The notes below the pieces were generated by a model. That model searched no databases. It was not told the origin of the DNA and saw only the letters and a list, made by a program, of their open reading frames with translations. From positions 4,704,001 to 4,768,000 of the forward strand of contig OY969763.1 of NCBI GenBank assembly GCA_963702845.1: a stretch of 64,000 nucleotides of DNA, given 5' to 3'. The position numbers were made by a program, and so were the translations under genes. This stretch comes from an uncultured Verrucomicrobiae bacterium (GTDB lineage Bacteria; Verrucomicrobiota; Verrucomicrobiia; Limisphaerales; Palsa-1400). Below, piece after piece: positions 61,333 through 64,000 of this stretch (within the stretch, counting starts at the first letter, position 1; every line of letters begins with the position of its first letter).

Positions 61333-61380
61333 TCACCTCTTTACTTGTCAGTTGTTCGTTTTGGCGGAACACTAGTTTGT

Positions 61381-63528
61381 ATGCCAAATATGGAGGAGGA
61401 CCACGCCGCTTCGCAGTTGGTTCCAGGATTTTTGGTCGGGGGTGGGCGCTTTGCGTTGGTTCACCAGATCGGCGCAGGTGGGATGGGGACTATTTGGCTC
61501 GCTCAGGACGAACGACTGAACGAACGTGTTGCGCTAAAATTTCTTTCCGCAGCATTTCGCGACGATGCAGCCGCCCTTGCCAATCTTCGCAAGGAGACAC
61601 AAAAAAGCCGGAAGCTCACGCATCCGAATATCATCCGCATCCACGACCTTTACGAAGCGCCGGATGAATTGGCATTCATCTCGATGGAGTTCGTCGATGG
61701 AATAGACCTCGCGCAATTAAAGGCAAAGCAGCCGCACTGTATTTTCACGTGGGAATTCTTGCAGCCGATCGTGAAACAACTCTGTGAGGCGCTCGGCTAT
61801 GCGCACGGCGAAGATGTCATTCACCGTGATCTGAAGCCGGCAAACATGATATTGGACGCGAAGGGGCGACTGAAACTCGCTGACTTTGGCTTGGCGGCGT
61901 TGATATGTGAACCGTATTCGAGCGCGCAACCTAAAGGATCCTGGGCGGGCGGCACAATCAATTACATGAGTCCGCAGCAACTCTACGGGTTCGCTGCTGG
62001 AATTCCGGACGACATCTATGCGCTGGGTGTGATTCTCTACGAATTACTCACCAGCCGAACGCCTTTTTACGTCGGGGACATTGCGGAACAGACGCGAACT
62101 GTTGACGCAATTCCGATTACAGACCGCCTCGAAGAGTTTGAGTTGAAGAATGAAATCCCGCGTGACGTGCGCGCGATGATCATGGCGTGTTTGTCGAAAG
62201 ACCCGGATACACGCCCGCCGTCGGCGCGCGCGGTAGCGGAATGGATTGGACTGACGGCGACAAGTGCGCCGAAAAAGCCAATCGGGGAACCCACTCCCGA
62301 ACCGGCGGTTGCCGAAGAGCCCGTCGAGATTGTGGAAGCGGCTCCTCGCCGTGGAACTCGGCGCGTTGCAGTGGCGATCATTGCGGCGGCAATCGTTGCG
62401 GTCCTGGGCGCGTTCGCCGCGTATAAATTCGGATCAGAAGCATCACAGCATCCAAGCGCCGGCGAGCACAAATCGTATCGAACGATTGACACTTCCTTCA
62501 ATCCGGGGACCGGCGCCAATGTGGAAGTTCGCGCGCTCGCAGTGCAGAAGGATGGCAAGGTCATTGTGGGGGGCAGGTTCACGTTATTTAACGAGGACAG
62601 ACATGTGGGCTTTGCGCGACTAAACCGGGATGGCAGCATCGATCCGAAAAGCGTCGTGCAAACGGATGGCACAGTTTGGTCGCTGGCGTTGCAGCCCGAT
62701 GAGAAGATTTTGCTCGCCGGTGATTTCAGCAATGTAAATGGGGACAAACATGCGACGATCGTCCGTCTCAACCAGGATCTCGCCATCGACAACACGTTCG
62801 ATTGCCAGAGCGGAAAGAAATGTGACATCCGGGCAATTCTGGCCGGGAATGGAAAAATATTCGTGGGCGGACCGCCGATGCAGTTTCACGGTGTGAAGTT
62901 CGATCGCATCGCGCAGTTGGATATGAGTGGCAATCCGCTTGAGGGGATTGCGCATGCGAATGGAAATGTTTGGACGTTTGCCATGCAGACCAATGGGCAA
63001 TTGGTAGTCGGCGGCGAATTCAATCACACGACCGGCGGAAAACGAAATCATCTGTTGCGGTTGACTTCTGACGGTGAGGTCGACAAGGACTTTACGCCAA
63101 ATCCAAATCAACGCGTATTCGCAGTGGCGGTGCAACCAGATCAAAAAATTATCGCAGGCGGTTCCTTCGACCGAATTGCTGGAACGCAGATGCATTGTAT
63201 CGCGCGTCTAGAAGCAGACGGCAACATCGATAAGACCTTCAATCCGGGCTTAGGCGCGGACAGCAGTGTTCAGGCGCTGGCATTGCAGGCGGACGGAAAA
63301 ATCCTGATCGGCGGAACGTTCCACCAAGTTGATGGTGTTTCGCGCGACTGCATCGCGCGGCTGAATCGCGATGGAACCGTCGACCAGAGTTTTGGCCCTG
63401 AAGGTATTTCAGTTGTTGTGCGTGCGCTGGCAGTTGCGCCCGACGGAAGTATTCTGGTCGGGGGTGGATTTACGAACGTAGACGGAGTAGAGCGCCGCAA
63501 CCTCGCGCGGCTAAAAGTGAAACCTTGA
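61381..63528 (+). CDS. Membrane Ser/Thr protein kinase with extracytoplasmic delta-60 (DUF5122-like) beta-propeller repeats
   Basis: GAGGMG, VALK, HRDLKPAN, DFG, YMSPQ; TM; repeated ALAVQ.DGK..GG.F...RLN.DG.D..F. Confidence 0.9.
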   Translation: MPNMEEDHAASQLVPGFLVGGGRFALVHQIGAGGMGTIWLAQDERLNERVALKFLSAAFRDDAAALANLRKETQKSRKLTHPNIIRIHDLYEAPDELAFISMEFVDGIDLAQLKAKQPHCIFTWEFLQPIVKQLCEALGYAHGEDVIHRDLKPANMILDAKGRLKLADFGLAALICEPYSSAQPKGSWAGGTINYMSPQQLYGFAAGIPDDIYALGVILYELLTSRTPFYVGDIAEQTRTVDAIPITDRLEEFELKNEIPRDVRAMIMACLSKDPDTRPPSARAVAEWIGLTATSAPKKPIGEPTPEPAVAEEPVEIVEAAPRRGTRRVAVAIIAAAIVAVLGAFAAYKFGSEASQHPSAGEHKSYRTIDTSFNPGTGANVEVRALAVQKDGKVIVGGRFTLFNEDRHVGFARLNRDGSIDPKSVVQTDGTVWSLALQPDEKILLAGDFSNVNGDKHATIVRLNQDLAIDNTFDCQSGKKCDIRAILAGNGKIFVGGPPMQFHGVKFDRIAQLDMSGNPLEGIAHANGNVWTFAMQTNGQLVVGGEFNHTTGGKRNHLLRLTSDGEVDKDFTPNPNQRVFAVAVQPDQKIIAGGSFDRIAGTQMHCIARLEADGNIDKTFNPGLGADSSVQALALQADGKILIGGTFHQVDGVSRDCIARLNRDGTVDQSFGPEGISVVVRALAVAPDGSILVGGGFTNVDGVERRNLARLKVKP

Positions 63529-63610
63529 GCCAGATTTCGCGCCGGTTCCCCCACGGGTTTTTGCGGCAATCTCCCCATGGACTTGACCCACTCGGTGAGT
63601 GAAGTTGCTG

Positions 63611-63770
63611 CGGGAACGGAAAAAGGGAAACGGGAAAAAGCAGGGTATCAAAAGGGGACAGAATCAGGGATAGGGATTTAGGGGAAAAGGGAGAATTGCG
63701 CTCTCAGATAGTTGCCGACGGGTCTTGAAAGAGGCTAACTGGGTTTCGGCCAATCTGAGGGCGTTTTTCT
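63611..63770 (+). ncRNA. Candidate small RNA: GGA-rich leader plus long stem-loop and U-tract
   Basis: Nine GGA motifs at 63611-63693; CGCTCTCAGAT/ATCTGAGGGCG stem at 63699-63763 followed by TTTTT. Confidence 0.3.
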
Positions 63771-63883
63771 GTACTTCTCAAACCGCTTTTTAGCCACCGA
63801 TGCCTGCATCTAAAGCTCACCTGTGTTTCAGGAGTGGCTAAACACGCTTGTTACTGAGGAAATCAGCAGTCTAGAATCGGCGC

Positions 63884-64000
63884 GTGCATACGGTCAAAGT
63901 TGATTTGGGCGCGCGGAGTTATGCGATTGAGATTGGCGGCAAGCTCCTTTCCACGCTCGGCAAACACTGCGCTGATTTTAAACTCGGTGAACGTTGCGCT
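63884..64000 (+). CDS. aroB: 3-dehydroquinate synthase, N-terminus only (cut by window end)
   Basis: GTG start; hand translation MHTVKVDLGARSYAIEIG matches the typical AroB N-terminus. Confidence 0.75.
   Translation, partial: MHTVKVDLGARSYAIEIGGKLLSTLGKHCADFKLGERCA

Overview
A 64-kb bacterial chromosomal window, most likely from a Verrucomicrobiota (Pedosphaera/subdivision-3-like) genome. This is inferred from the VPDxG-type sorting tail, H-X9-DG-type prepilin proteins, passenger-repeat proteins and REP-like repeats. It carries housekeeping and metabolic genes: P1B ATPase, bcp, glcD, polX, Rieske/cytochrome b-c, sulfatase, part of a hopanoid cluster, lnt, rplU-rpmA, tRNA-Ala(GGC), argS, PTS IIA, gltBD and the start of aroB. 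It also has several large secreted proteins and an accessory stretch at about 37-51.7 kb. Many genes in the first 8.6 kb are broken by single-base indels that look like sequencing error. The main finding is a translationally coupled five-gene operon (12267-17847, minus strand): a KamA-family radical-SAM 2,3-aminomutase whose lysine-binding aspartates appear replaced by Arg/Thr, PcaI/PcaJ-like CoA transferase subunits, a beta-transaminase-like class III aminotransferase and a PcaF-like thiolase. This suggests an undescribed route from an acidic alpha-amino acid (e.g. 2-aminoadipate) via its beta-isomer into the 3-oxoadipate pathway. Other findings: an orphan, intact Mu-like terminase pair with an in-frame REP insertion; a four-helix-bundle (IVP/Avd-family) gene wrapped in self-complementary 10-bp repeats; a gene bracketed by 40-bp direct repeats; an 18-bp element nested in other repeats; and a GGA-rich sRNA candidate. 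All family assignments come from motifs read by eye; no searches were run.
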